Source: a virus (lineage: Duplodnaviria; Caudoviricetes). Taken from it: a DNA stretch of 64,000 nucleotides. The translations under genes and the position numbers were made by a program. Location of the stretch: IMG/VR virus record IMGVR_UViG_3300021400_000468, positions 1 through 64,000 of that record, one strand, 5' to 3'. The notes under the pieces were generated by a model. The model did not search any database and was not told the DNA's origin. It saw nothing but the letters and a program-made list of their open reading frames with translations. Below, one piece after another: positions 1-9,983 of the stretch; within the stretch, counting starts at the first letter, position 1, and every line of letters begins with the position of its first letter.

Positions 1-53
1 CTCTCATCAGCTCCGACAACTTTCAGGATGTTCACAACGTAATTGGGCATTTT

Positions 54-764
54 CTACTCCTCCCCTTCGCGCAAATTGCTTTCAGACTCAGACCTATCTT
101 CTTCATTGGGATTTCCTTCTCCACGATCCATATGCCTGTGCATATACACAAACCGGCTGTTACGGTTCATGTTCTGGTATAGCCAATCATCGCAACGAGT
201 CTGTGACAGGTGATGCTTCCGGGATTCAACCTCATAGGCATATTCACCACGCTTTTGCTTTTCACGGATTCTGCGCTCTATCTCTTCATCCTCATAATTG
301 GCTTCTACAAGGTACAAATCAAAGTTCTTCGCTTCGATCCCAGCCATGGTTACGGTATCTGTAGCGTATATTACGCGGCATCCGTTGAAATCCAGCTTAT
401 AGCCACAGTTCTCGACATTGTGAACCAGCTTCACCGGTTCCACCTTAAGCGGACCATAATCATAGGTGCGCCCCATCTCATACACATCGATAACCCGTTC
501 CGGGACACCGGCCTCCACGAGGGGAGCGGCAAGCCATCTGCCGCACCCCCATCTTAATCCGGGACGCTGTAACGCCATCCTCCGAATCGTGGAGCCATTA
601 AAATGATCAGAATGAATATGCGTCAGCAGAACCAGACTAAGGCCGGACACATAAGGGAACAAACTCTTGAACGGGACGCCACAGTCCACAAGGACATTAC
701 CGTTCAGGACCGTGGCGTTTCCACTTGAACCTGTGCTTATGATTTCATACGGTATCATGGACAC
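54..764 (-). CDS. MBL-fold metallo-hydrolase (phage recombination-associated, probable nuclease)
   Basis: STGSSGN, VDCG and THIHSDH (HxHxDH) motifs, YATDT, EANY. Directly downstream of recT. Confidence 0.85.
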   Translation of the reverse strand: MSMIPYEIISTGSSGNATVLNGNVLVDCGVPFKSLFPYVSGLSLVLLTHIHSDHFNGSTIRRMALQRPGLRWGCGRWLAAPLVEAGVPERVIDVYEMGRTYDYGPLKVEPVKLVHNVENCGYKLDFNGCRVIYATDTVTMAGIEAKNFDLYLVEANYEDEEIERRIREKQKRGEYAYEVESRKHHLSQTRCDDWLYQNMNRNSRFVYMHRHMDRGEGNPNEEDRSESESNLREGEE

Positions 765-1739
765 TTACAGACTGCTCATATCAATGGTCTGCGGCTTTGC
801 AGCGGATGCCTCGGGACTTACCATCATCTCCTGAGCGGGCTGCTTCACATCCGCCAGAACACCGCTGATGCGATCCTTCTGATCCTCAATGAAATCATTG
901 GCACCATCCCCTCCAAACTCACCGGGGGAGAAGATACTGGCATTATCGGACTTATCTCCGACATCCACTTCCCTGCCATCGAATTCAAACGCCGTCTGAA
1001 ACTCAATGGACATGACGCCCCATTTGGAGATGAGCTGTCTGAGCATGGTCTTACAGGCCATTGCATCAAAATCCTTATACCAGAAGGAGCTGTACTTCCA
1101 AAGGTCACGCTCCGGAATCTCATTATTCACATAGCGCTTGTAGTCATCCATGTTGAACGCCTGAGAATACTGATCTGCATGACGCATCATCTTATCCTTC
1201 GACCAGTACAGGACCTTCTTGAAGCCGTTCTTATACTCGAAGAAAGCCATGTACCCGACCACAGGAGCGGATTCCGCATCATCCATGAAATTGAAGATGG
1301 GTCGACCGGTATGGGGATCTGTTCCAAGATATTCCCCTTCATGAACAGGACGGGCATCAATGTCCACATACCATCCGGTTCGAATGGCAAGCTGAAGATA
1401 TCCCTTGTACCCAAGCACAAAGGTAGCATTCGTAACCTCGGTATACGATCCGTCCGGGTTCCGGGTCTTCTTCTTGAAGGGGACGAGGTAATACTGACCG
1501 AGCTGCGGGGACGGAGACAGGTTCAGGCTTTCGCCCAACAGCGCTCCGGCAATGACCGTCGGATACTCACATCCCTGAAGAGCGGGAGATACAGCGACCG
1601 CCGAGGTAATGGCGGCAACAAACCTTCTGGCTCTTGCGGGATCCTGCAACGTGGAGGCAATCAATCTCTGATACACAGGCGTATTGATCGCCGTGGAGAA
1701 CTTCTGCCTCGATTCTACGGGCTTGATCTTCTGATCCAT
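765..1739 (-). CDS. recT: RecT-family single-strand annealing recombinase
   Basis: LNLSPSPQLGQYYLVPF, FVLGYKGYLQLAIRTG and W..DFDAMACKTMLRQLISKWG motifs. Confidence 0.9.
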   Translation of the reverse strand: MDQKIKPVESRQKFSTAINTPVYQRLIASTLQDPARARRFVAAITSAVAVSPALQGCEYPTVIAGALLGESLNLSPSPQLGQYYLVPFKKKTRNPDGSYTEVTNATFVLGYKGYLQLAIRTGWYVDIDARPVHEGEYLGTDPHTGRPIFNFMDDAESAPVVGYMAFFEYKNGFKKVLYWSKDKMMRHADQYSQAFNMDDYKRYVNNEIPERDLWKYSSFWYKDFDAMACKTMLRQLISKWGVMSIEFQTAFEFDGREVDVGDKSDNASIFSPGEFGGDGANDFIEDQKDRISGVLADVKQPAQEMMVSPEASAAKPQTIDMSSL

Positions 1740-1753
1740 GGGATTTCCTCCTA

Positions 1754-2668
1754 TTATTCAGCAACAATCTGGTTCCAGTCCAGATCGTTGTCTTCTAGAT
1801 AATTCTTAAGCCGGACGATTTCCTGAAGAGTCCCCTTTACCCTGAACGTCACTTCATATACAACCGGATCCCCTTCCGGTTCTTCCGGCTCACTCTGAAC
1901 GGCGGGAGCATGAAACATGGCGGTTTCTTCTTCAACAATCCCAGAAACTTCAGCTTCATGGGATTCCTGCGCTTCCCTTTCCCTGCGGAGAGCTTCCGCA
2001 CGTTCCTTTTCCCGTTCAATAGCCTCATGGCGAGTTTCTACCGCATAAATGGCCTGTGCAAGATTATGGCCCTTATGGTATTCCACCATAACCTCATCCG
2101 CAAAAGGATGTGACCGGATACAGGAAAGATCAGTCTTCACGTTGTCCAAATACATCTTAGCGGATTCCTTAAGGCTCTTTACGCTGGAGGAAAGGTTAAC
2201 CACAACCCCAACATCCTCCCACACAAAAGGCTCTTCAGACAACCCAATAGAGGCCTTGTACTCATCAAAATATCGGGTAACTTCTTCACGCTTCCGCTTC
2301 TTCAACTCCCCCTCAACCTGCTTGATCCGATCAGCAAGCTGTCTGTCAGCCTCCTGAAAAAGACTGGAAATGTTTTCATTATACAGTCCTTCAAACAGGT
2401 TATATGGAGCAAGAACCTTGGATTTGATTTCCTTCCGGGCACTTTCATAATTCTGCTGAAACTGTTTATTCAGAGAGGCCCGAGCCTTCTTCACATCCCG
2501 CACGGTTTCCTCCGTGCATTCCAGCGCCAAAGCCTGATCAATCACACTCTGGATCTGCTGTTTCAGAATTCCAAATCGTTCTTCAATAATGGGAAGCTGA
2601 ACAATGGACATTGCTTCGGACGCATCCATGATCTTCACATCTCCATCTACGAAGGATTCATCAGCCAT
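1754..2668 (-). CDS. DUF1351-like coiled-coil phage protein
   Basis: Coiled-coil with 'VKKARASLNKQF...RKEIK...PY' pattern, typical neighbour of RecT. Start moved to MADES after the AAGGCGGTGAG RBS. Confidence 0.7.
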   Translation of the reverse strand: MADESFVDGDVKIMDASEAMSIVQLPIIEERFGILKQQIQSVIDQALALECTEETVRDVKKARASLNKQFQQNYESARKEIKSKVLAPYNLFEGLYNENISSLFQEADRQLADRIKQVEGELKKRKREEVTRYFDEYKASIGLSEEPFVWEDVGVVVNLSSSVKSLKESAKMYLDNVKTDLSCIRSHPFADEVMVEYHKGHNLAQAIYAVETRHEAIEREKERAEALRREREAQESHEAEVSGIVEEETAMFHAPAVQSEPEEPEGDPVVYEVTFRVKGTLQEIVRLKNYLEDNDLDWNQIVAE

Positions 2669-2756
2669 ATACTCACCGCCTTTCGCATCGGAACTGATTC
2701 TTTCTTTTTGGAAAGTTCTGGGATTTTGAAATCCGGAACTCTCATCCGGCGCCTTT

Positions 2757-2785
2757 ATTATACCACAATGCTTGACTCTTGTCAA
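2757..2785 (-). promoter_or_regulatory. sigma70/sigmaA promoter, repeat family copy 1
   Basis: Minus strand TTGACA-17-TATAAT with extended TG. TTGAC-N4-GTCAA palindrome over -35. Confidence 0.85.
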
Positions 2786-2944
2786 TACAATTCAGCAAAT
2801 TGCTCGACTTTTTTTCACATTCATATGAAGTTTCGGTATAAAATGATGATCATTTTATATATTCGATCCCAGACCTTCCTTCAACTCCACCTCATGTTTC
2901 TATGATACCGAATTTGTACCTTCCGTTTCATCTCACCCTCCCGA

Positions 2945-3415
2945 TCAATCCTCTCCGATCAGTGCAGGATCAATCAGCAATTCTGGATTGTCCCAGATAT
3001 TCCCGATGACATACTCGGCATCGATAATATCGCCACCATCAGGATCATAGAATCTATCCTTGCAAACACGACAAAATATTTTTCGTCCCTCTTGATAAGG
3101 CACAAGAGCCATGACAGCAAGCATCCCCGGAACATAGTCTTTATGCTCATTCCGGTACATCTTAATTATATCGCCGGTATAGATGGACCGACCATCAGAA
3201 TCACAGTTCAAAGACCACAAAGATAAAGTTTTGGGCCTTATAGGATACAAAGCATCCGGATCCTCCCCGAGGAAGCATTTCTCACCATGTCGGAATATAT
3301 GGTTCCCGAAAATCCATCTTCCATCGTTTACACCCTTTCCACGATACATCGGAGGTTCCATGTGGGTCAGATATTCTTGATCATAGCACCATCTGAAATT
3401 TCCGCTCAGTTCCAT
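2945..3415 (-). CDS. YopX-family protein
   Basis: YRGK...WIFG, DSDGRSIYTGDII and VIGNIWDNPELL motifs. Confidence 0.8.
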   Translation of the reverse strand: MELSGNFRWCYDQEYLTHMEPPMYRGKGVNDGRWIFGNHIFRHGEKCFLGEDPDALYPIRPKTLSLWSLNCDSDGRSIYTGDIIKMYRNEHKDYVPGMLAVMALVPYQEGRKIFCRVCKDRFYDPDGGDIIDAEYVIGNIWDNPELLIDPALIGED

Positions 3416-3819
3416 TAACTCCACCTCATGTTTCTGTGATATCGGACGCATTCCTTCAGGAACACTTTGAAACGCTCATAGTCGTTGTGGGCAATAGCTC
3501 CATACTGGAAGCACTTCTCTCCGAAATCCACGTCCTTGATTGCTTCGTAAATCTCCCGGCAAGCGCGGTATCCCACCATCCCACAGCAATCCGCCTGAAA
3601 CAGAAAGTCCATAGCATGATCGCATTCCAGATGCTTATCCAGAATCAAGACGTTGATTCTCTCAATTTGAGGCGCTAACCAAGTCCTGTACAATTCCTCA
3701 TACAAAACACCGAGGTCAGGGTCTATGCAATGGGCTATATTTTTACGCAGATTTCCGAATCCTCCATACCCCATGTCGAAGGATTCCTTTGATCCATTAG
3801 CGGTAATTGTTACGCCCAT
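3415..3819 (-). CDS. Hypothetical phage protein
   Basis: ORF with RBS, translationally coupled within the operon. Confidence 0.6.
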   Translation of the reverse strand: MGVTITANGSKESFDMGYGGFGNLRKNIAHCIDPDLGVLYEELYRTWLAPQIERINVLILDKHLECDHAMDFLFQADCCGMVGYRACREIYEAIKDVDFGEKCFQYGAIAHNDYERFKVFLKECVRYHRNMRWS

Positions 3820-3822
3820 CGT

Positions 3823-4176
3823 TCAAGCACCACCTTTATTATACAGTCTGACTGACCATCCATCAAACGTCTTTCCGGTGCGAATCAAAGCCCTCACCTG
3901 AGCCACATCCATGCCGGTAAGGTCGGCGATTTCAGATGCAGGACCAATTATGGGATCTTCTCCCTCACATTCAGCTATGTATTCATTGGGACATTCAATC
4001 CTGCTTCTGTCGGCTGGCTTAACAACAGATATGGTCCACCCATCTTTGGTTGTCCTACCACTTTTTGCCAACTTCCGGACATAATCAAAGAAAATACCGG
4101 TTTCCATCTGAATCTCCCTTGATGTTCCAACAATCTCGCGATCTCCACAAACCGCTCGATAAATTGCAGCTGTCAT
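3823..4176 (-). CDS. Hypothetical protein with two internal repeats (possible DNA-binding)
   Basis: Duplicated 'I(V/I)G...EI...TG....VR.L...G.T..GW' unit. Confidence 0.55.
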   Translation of the reverse strand: MTAAIYRAVCGDREIVGTSREIQMETGIFFDYVRKLAKSGRTTKDGWTISVVKPADRSRIECPNEYIAECEGEDPIIGPASEIADLTGMDVAQVRALIRTGKTFDGWSVRLYNKGGA

Positions 4177-4192
4177 CTATATTACCTCCCTA

Positions 4193-4444
4193 TTATTTCC
4201 AATTCGCATGTGGTGGATCCGATACAAAAATGGCGGTAAAGTCACTACTCCGTATCATGTTAACGACCTCTTCAATCTCTTCCTTCACATGTATAGGTCT
4301 TTCATCGCCTACCAAATAGATTGAAGTTCCATCAAGGACTTCTCCTGTCAATATATTGCGCCGTGGCAATACAGCAGATACATATGCGGGATTGATATAT
4401 GCGGCCAAATTATCTGGCGTGTTACCTGTGAATTTTATCAGCAT
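4193..4444 (-). CDS. Small FlbD-like/hypothetical protein
   Basis: YINPAYV...T.IYL......VKEEIEEV pattern. Confidence 0.45.
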   Translation of the reverse strand: MLIKFTGNTPDNLAAYINPAYVSAVLPRRNILTGEVLDGTSIYLVGDERPIHVKEEIEEVVNMIRSSDFTAIFVSDPPHANWK

Positions 4445-4642
4445 TTTTTTCCTCCTTCGGCGGTTCGGCGTCCATCTTCGCGCCGCATTCTGGACAACGC
4501 TTGTGTGAGATCAGTGAATAGAGTTGATCTTTTATAACGTAATTACATACGCTGCACCTCCATCGATCATAGTGTCTTGCTACAAGTCGACCTTCGTTAT
4601 ACTCGCTATAGATCCTTCTTCCGGGAATCCACCGCCCATGTA

Positions 4643-5251
4643 CTACCGGCTCACATCGGCGGCGGGGAAATCTCGTATGTCATCCAATACTGTATCTTTA
4701 TCTATAACACCCCAGTTTGGATTATAATTCCGGAAATGCTCTATGAGTTCACTCCGCAAGACGTAATCGTTATTCGTCACCTTCACCCTTCTGTTCCACT
4801 TTGTGTAGCAATTCTCAACCGCTTTTTCATACAAATCATCGACGCACTTGTTTGATGCGGCATATCCTTCCACTTGTGCGCCGCATATACTGCATTGAAG
4901 CATACACGTTATTACATTCGGTGTCTTTTCATAAATATCCATTGCTTCATCAAGATCAATGTATGATGGCAATATCCCACCATCAACAGACCTTACTAAT
5001 TCATCTCCACCGCAGAACGGGCAGGGCTTCAACTTGATTTCTTCAACCGGCATCGCTGTCCTCCTCACAGGCTCTTCCAAATAAAACTTGCCGCCCTTCT
5101 TGTAGTTGTCGCTCAGTCTCCATGCCGGGCATTTCGTAATCTGATCGCAACCCAGATACCCAATGTACCAATCGTTAAGATTGCAATGGTACGGCTCGTA
5201 GTGTTGGCATGTGATACACATATGGGGGACGGCCTTTCGTTTAATCTGCAT
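4643..5251 (-). CDS. Lar-like (restriction alleviation) zinc-finger protein
   Basis: LKPCPFCGG...CSICGA...KWNRR. Confidence 0.6.
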   Translation of the reverse strand: MQIKRKAVPHMCITCQHYEPYHCNLNDWYIGYLGCDQITKCPAWRLSDNYKKGGKFYLEEPVRRTAMPVEEIKLKPCPFCGGDELVRSVDGGILPSYIDLDEAMDIYEKTPNVITCMLQCSICGAQVEGYAASNKCVDDLYEKAVENCYTKWNRRVKVTNNDYVLRSELIEHFRNYNPNWGVIDKDTVLDDIRDFPAADVSR

Positions 5252-5594
5252 CTCCGTCCTCTTTCTTCCTCCAATCATACAAGTTGCTGTTAAACATCTT
5301 GATATGCTCAACGGTTGTCGGCTCATACACCTTGATTCTCTCCGGCGGGATATCTCCCCAATAAAGGATTTCATCGCTTTCGTGAAGAAAATCGCTCCAC
5401 TCGCCCATCAGTTTTTTAACGTCAACCTTCAAAATCTTCATACCCGGTTGCCACCAAGACAATGGCTTTTCAGATAGACAAACAAACGCCGCCTGTCTTT
5501 TCCCGCCACCACGAAGCAATCCGTTCTGAAGTATGCTTTCAACATTTTCCGGGTATGTAACGTGATACAAATAACGTCTACGATTCATCCACAT
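5241..5594 (-). CDS. Putative ADP-ribosyltransferase-fold protein
   Basis: YLYHVT...ESILQNGL, VCLS and E-ILYWGDIPPERI resemble ART/Tpt1-like motifs. Confidence 0.5.
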   Translation of the reverse strand: MWMNRRRYLYHVTYPENVESILQNGLLRGGGKRQAAFVCLSEKPLSWWQPGMKILKVDVKKLMGEWSDFLHESDEILYWGDIPPERIKVYEPTTVEHIKMFNSNLYDWRKKEDGDAD

Positions 5595-5852
5595 CTCCTT
5601 CCCGAATCGGATCCCACAGCAAATCCTCTTTCAACATCCATTCTTCTATGGAATCAGCTTCTTCCTGCAAATACTCTTCGTATTCTCGTTCCACCAGCTT
5701 TATGAAATGATGATCCACGTAACATCCTACTATGTTCCCTGAAACTTCCTCATACTGCAAGCGATTATCCCAACCATCTCCGAAAATACCACAGCTTTCT
5801 CCGCTGTCAGACTCATTGCTCCACGAACTGTACAATGGACACTTGGCACATC

Positions 5853-6341
5853 TCATTCGGATTCCACCTCCCACTTCGTGTCCCGCATCTGCTCAGGCGT
5901 GGGGCGGGAAGACCAGCACCGCCATGTCTTTCCATACTTCTCAGTCTCTCTGTGTAGGTAATCATTCGCAAAACCTATGATCGTAAACCTCTCCCATTTG
6001 CCGATATGCCTGTCGTGCCAACAAACCTGACCACGATATTGACCAATGCTTTGCGTCTTTGAATCATCGCACTCAATCCATAAAACACGTTCGTGATCTC
6101 TTCGAATATCTCCAAGCGTCAACACCCGCGGCTCCTGTTTTCGAAGAACAGCGAGCGCATCACCGCACAAATGCTCCGAACACCTTGTTTCTTCTTTATA
6201 GGGACACCCTTCACAGGTGTCGAACGCCCCCAGCGCACAACACTCAAGACCACGGATCACCTTCTCCCGCTTCTCTTCATCAGTCATCTTCATCCTCCTT
6301 CTTCCGATAATACGGGTTGTGGGTATCCACCCATTCTTCAA
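5853..6341 (-). CDS. Hypothetical phage protein
   Basis: Cys-rich N-terminus and C-terminal YGKTWRCWSSRPT motif common in Clostridia phages. True start probably downstream. Confidence 0.55.
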   Translation of the reverse strand: MKNGWIPTTRIIGRRRMKMTDEEKREKVIRGLECCALGAFDTCEGCPYKEETRCSEHLCGDALAVLRKQEPRVLTLGDIRRDHERVLWIECDDSKTQSIGQYRGQVCWHDRHIGKWERFTIIGFANDYLHRETEKYGKTWRCWSSRPTPEQMRDTKWEVESE

Positions 6342-6762
6342 TGGTACGGATCATTTCCTCGTCCTCCGGAAAGAACGGGTCCCGCTTCATACTCCCGAAC
6401 ACGTTTATCATCAACTGTCCAAACCGCAGATCAGGCCAGTGCTCCCACGCGACCGCCAGACGGTTACAGAACATCCAGATGCGCTTCTTGTCCCTCATCA
6501 CGACTCCCCCTTTGGCATATAAATGTACACCGGCACATGGGTTCGCTTTTGGGGCTCGCCATATGCAAGCCACCAACCGTGCTGTTTCTCCCCAAAGTCA
6601 TCAACACCAAAGCCAAAGTGAACATATCCATTTACCACATGGCAAACCTGTGGAGAATCGCCGATTTCTTCGGTATAAATATGATCCGCCTCTTCACGGG
6701 AAAACCTTCTTGAAACTGCAAATATAGGGGCTTGTTCTCCATAGAATGTCCCGAAGTCGAAT

Positions 6763-7092
6763 TTACTCATCCCACTTTACCGCCTTTCCGCAGTTTGGAC
6801 ACGCAACCCATTGCCGCAAGAGCAAGCTATTACAAGCAGGACATAAGCCAGCAAATACAAATTTTCTATAGGTTATGGTCATACCTTGTTTCAATATTTT
6901 GGCTTTCACCGGCTCGTGCTTCCGGAGTATGGCAAGAGCGTCGATAAGCATCGGTTTGATACAACCATCTCTTGTTGGTTTATGTCCAAGATAGGGGCAC
7001 TCTCGGCAAGCATATGGGTCATGCACATCATTGGTACAGCATTCCATCCCCTTTTTGACTTTTTCCCGGTCAGGCATCTTCATCATCTCCAT
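6763..7092 (-). CDS. Zinc-ribbon phage protein
   Basis: CPAC...CPNCG motifs. Confidence 0.55.
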   Translation of the reverse strand: MEMMKMPDREKVKKGMECCTNDVHDPYACRECPYLGHKPTRDGCIKPMLIDALAILRKHEPVKAKILKQGMTITYRKFVFAGLCPACNSLLLRQWVACPNCGKAVKWDE

Positions 7093-7548
7093 CCGTATGA
7101 AGTGGAAACTGGCCCTTCATGAACAAGTCCAGATCCCTCTGGCAGTTGCGGCAAAGATCAACCGTCACAGTATGGTACTTATTACCACTATAGTTGTAAT
7201 ACCGTACCCGGTACTCAAAGTCAATGCTTTGCGCCGATTCTGATGTGGGAGGACGGTAATGCTCTCCACACCGATCACAGACTATATACTTCACCTGTTG
7301 ACCTCCAATCATATCAGAATGGTATCGTATAATCGACATTCTTTAATTCTCCCATCTGTTTCAGAAGAAGGAAAATCGCCTTTGTCTCCGCTTCAGAAAG
7401 AACCATGATCGTATCGTGGTTCTTATTCCCAATGCTAAATGTACGCAGTGTCAGACGGCCATCCGAATTAAAACTGGCCTGACACTCCATCCCTTCAACG
7501 GTTTGGGTTGTAGACTCAATCATTCTTGAAATTACTTTCATACTTGCC

Positions 7549-8181
7549 TCACTTTCTGTCAGTCCTCTCAAACTTGATCACCCACACCCACGGGTTCGCG
7601 TCCCATCCGTAGAGTGGGAGGTCTGATTTCTTGATCGTGCTGTCCCAAAGTTCGGAAAACACGTCAATGGGCGTATTCTCATATATCGGGTTTCCCCGTT
7701 CATCTTGATACCATCTCGCATCCGCCCCCTCTGCCACAGCATCCATAGTTTGAATCGCCTGCAAACGCTCAATCCGAACGCCCGTCACCCGGAGGAAAAT
7801 CCGCGCGGCCTTGCGGGGCATATGGATGGAGGGGTGCCAACGATCCTCGACCATCAGCTCATCGACGGGATAATCCTCTTTTGCATTTCCATCCGCCTTA
7901 TAAACATAGGTGTCGAAAAGGGCATACCCTCCTCCCGCCGGGTCTCCGGTTGCACTCTTCCACGTTTCCCGCACCCAAAGCACGTCATCGACAGCGCAGA
8001 GTGAGGTTTTCCAGAATGCTCCGGCCCCGTACCTGTACTCATAAAAACCGTTATATGGATCGCACACCGCCGTGAAGCCTTCCTTTGGCTGAGGCTTCAC
8101 AATCCTCCGCGTCTGCGTCTTCCGCCCACAGAGGATTGCGCGGACCATTTCTGTGTTGAACAGGATCGGTTTTTCAGACAT
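7549..8181 (-). CDS. ASCH/PUA-like phage protein
   Basis: KPILFNTEMVRAILCGRKTQTRR, LWVRETW, WHPSIHMPR and WDANPWVWVI motifs. Confidence 0.75.
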   Translation of the reverse strand: MSEKPILFNTEMVRAILCGRKTQTRRIVKPQPKEGFTAVCDPYNGFYEYRYGAGAFWKTSLCAVDDVLWVRETWKSATGDPAGGGYALFDTYVYKADGNAKEDYPVDELMVEDRWHPSIHMPRKAARIFLRVTGVRIERLQAIQTMDAVAEGADARWYQDERGNPIYENTPIDVFSELWDSTIKKSDLPLYGWDANPWVWVIKFERTDRK

Positions 8182-8404
8182 TTCCTTTTTCCTTTCTTTC
8201 AGCTTTGACCCGAGCATTCCAAAGTATTACAGCATCCTTTCTTGATTCTACCCAACCGACTTTGTTCCACGCATATCCGCACCTGCAGTTAATTCGGTAT
8301 CCTTTTCGAAAAAGCCCTTCATTATAGTCTGGCTCTCCGTAATATACACAAGAGCATCCACATTTCGGACAAGGCTCCAACAAAATTGCGCATCCTTCAT
8401 CCAT
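8174..8404 (-). CDS. Lar-like zinc-finger protein
   Basis: LEPCPKCG...CRCG...AVILWN. Confidence 0.5.
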   Translation of the reverse strand: MDEGCAILLEPCPKCGCSCVYYGEPDYNEGLFRKGYRINCRCGYAWNKVGWVESRKDAVILWNARVKAERKEKGNV

Positions 8405-8786
8405 CCATTTTCTCCTCTTTTAATATCCGGACAACTTTCCGCAGGGTTTCCAGACTGTAATGCCGAAGTTCCCACGAATTAAGGCGGTCAAGAAATTTCT
8501 CGCAGTCCATACGTTCTACATGATCTCTTGCATCCTGTTCCGAGAAATACAGGGTTTCAGGAGACCCCCAATCTTTCACCTCTATGAAACAGTCTCCGTC
8601 AACGTGCATCTGAAACTGCGTTTCCCAACACCCATGCTGGACGTATACATATTTCCTGCCAACTTTCGTAATCGGAAATGGCTTATACGAGACCGCGCCG
8701 CTCTTCTTGTCGAAGTCAACCCTCCACAGATTGTCTCCAGCCTTGAAATCAGTGAGTTCCATCTTCATCCCCTCTAACCGGTTCAA
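8397..8786 (-). CDS. Hypothetical phage protein
   Basis: ITKVGRKY motif, coupled ORF. Confidence 0.5.
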   Translation of the reverse strand: MNRLEGMKMELTDFKAGDNLWRVDFDKKSGAVSYKPFPITKVGRKYVYVQHGCWETQFQMHVDGDCFIEVKDWGSPETLYFSEQDARDHVERMDCEKFLDRLNSWELRHYSLETLRKVVRILKEEKMDG

Positions 8787-8966
8787 ACTCGATCCCCATG
8801 TCTTCGATCTCCTGATCTCCTATCCCGCAAGCGATGAGGAATAAGCGGGCATCGCTTTCAGTTTCAAATACTACCAACTCATCATCATCGTCCACCACAT
8901 ACTCTTTGCCGTTAATGCTGATACCATTGATCGGACGGCAAATCACGACCTTTTCTTCTCCCGAAC

Positions 8967-9494
8967 TCATATGATCTTTCCCTCCACCACAGGCATTTCA
9001 TTAAGGATCCTGACGGCCTCTTCCACATGGGGATCCTGAAGCCCACCGTCCTTTGCGTAAAAATCCGTTTTTACAATCCTGCCGATAAATTCCGGGTACA
9101 GGCCGTAGTCGAACAGCTCATCATCCAGAACCACATAGCTTTCCACCGGCTGCTTCTTCATACGGATCTGCCAGTCAAGCCACTGGAGAATTTCGTATCC
9201 TCTGACCGAAATCCCCATGTCAACCTTGTCTTCGATTTTCAAACCATACTTTGCCAGCTTTAGGTTCAGATAAACTCCATCCTCCCTATGCTCATAAGGA
9301 TCGGAACTCCATCCATATTTCCACGAGGAAGTGAGGTAGATCTTTGCTCCAGTCTGAGCCACAATCTGTGCAAGGCGCTTGACCTTCTCATCCTCAATCC
9401 CGATCACCATCCCGCACCTGTCTTTGGTGTTACGGGTATTCAGAACGCCATCCACGTCAAGGAAGATGATCTTCATTCTGCCCTCCATCACCAC
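8967..9494 (-). CDS. HAD-superfamily phosphatase (Swiss-army-knife RNA-repair type)
   Basis: IIFLDVDGVLN, LTSSW, RGYEI and YVVLDD motifs. Confidence 0.85.
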   Translation of the reverse strand: MVMEGRMKIIFLDVDGVLNTRNTKDRCGMVIGIEDEKVKRLAQIVAQTGAKIYLTSSWKYGWSSDPYEHREDGVYLNLKLAKYGLKIEDKVDMGISVRGYEILQWLDWQIRMKKQPVESYVVLDDELFDYGLYPEFIGRIVKTDFYAKDGGLQDPHVEEAVRILNEMPVVEGKII

Positions 9495-9496
9495 AA

Positions 9497-9958
9497 TTAC
9501 GGTTTCGGTAAAAGCGGATGCTTCTTTTCGCGGAGCGTTTTCACTTCCACTATAGCCCCCTTCATAGACGCTTCAAGCTGCGCGGTTCGGTCATACACAT
9601 GGCGGTAAACTTCGCGCCCCTGTTCGGTCATGTCTTCTACCGGAGCATTCTGCAAGATGTTCATGCCAGTCTGTATGGCATTGAACCCTCGTTTATAATG
9701 GCCGAGAGTCTGCTTCGTAAAGTCATCTGCCTTAACCCTTCTGTATCCTTCTCCCCGGATAGACTCAAAACTGATCTTGTGCTCTTCAAGAAGGATTTTT
9801 CTGGCTTGCTGGACCACCGTCCTATAACGGAAGCTATTGTATTTCTCATTGATAACCTGAGCTATCTGTTCATGGCTCACGGTTTCTCCGTATCCGAACG
9901 CCATAAGGTATTCGGCAAGAACCTCGCATTTCCTTTTGCCTTTGATAATTCCGTCCAT
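9497..9958 (-). CDS. Winged-helix-like protein directly downstream of the pentamer array (candidate accessory factor)
   Basis: GETVSHEQIAQ helix and ESIRGEGYR wing-like motif. RBS AGAGG lies just past the array end. Confidence 0.55.
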   Translation of the reverse strand: MDGIIKGKRKCEVLAEYLMAFGYGETVSHEQIAQVINEKYNSFRYRTVVQQARKILLEEHKISFESIRGEGYRRVKADDFTKQTLGHYKRGFNAIQTGMNILQNAPVEDMTEQGREVYRHVYDRTAQLEASMKGAIVEVKTLREKKHPLLPKP

Positions 9959-9983
9959 GTTCTACCTCTTTCTTGAATTTGAT

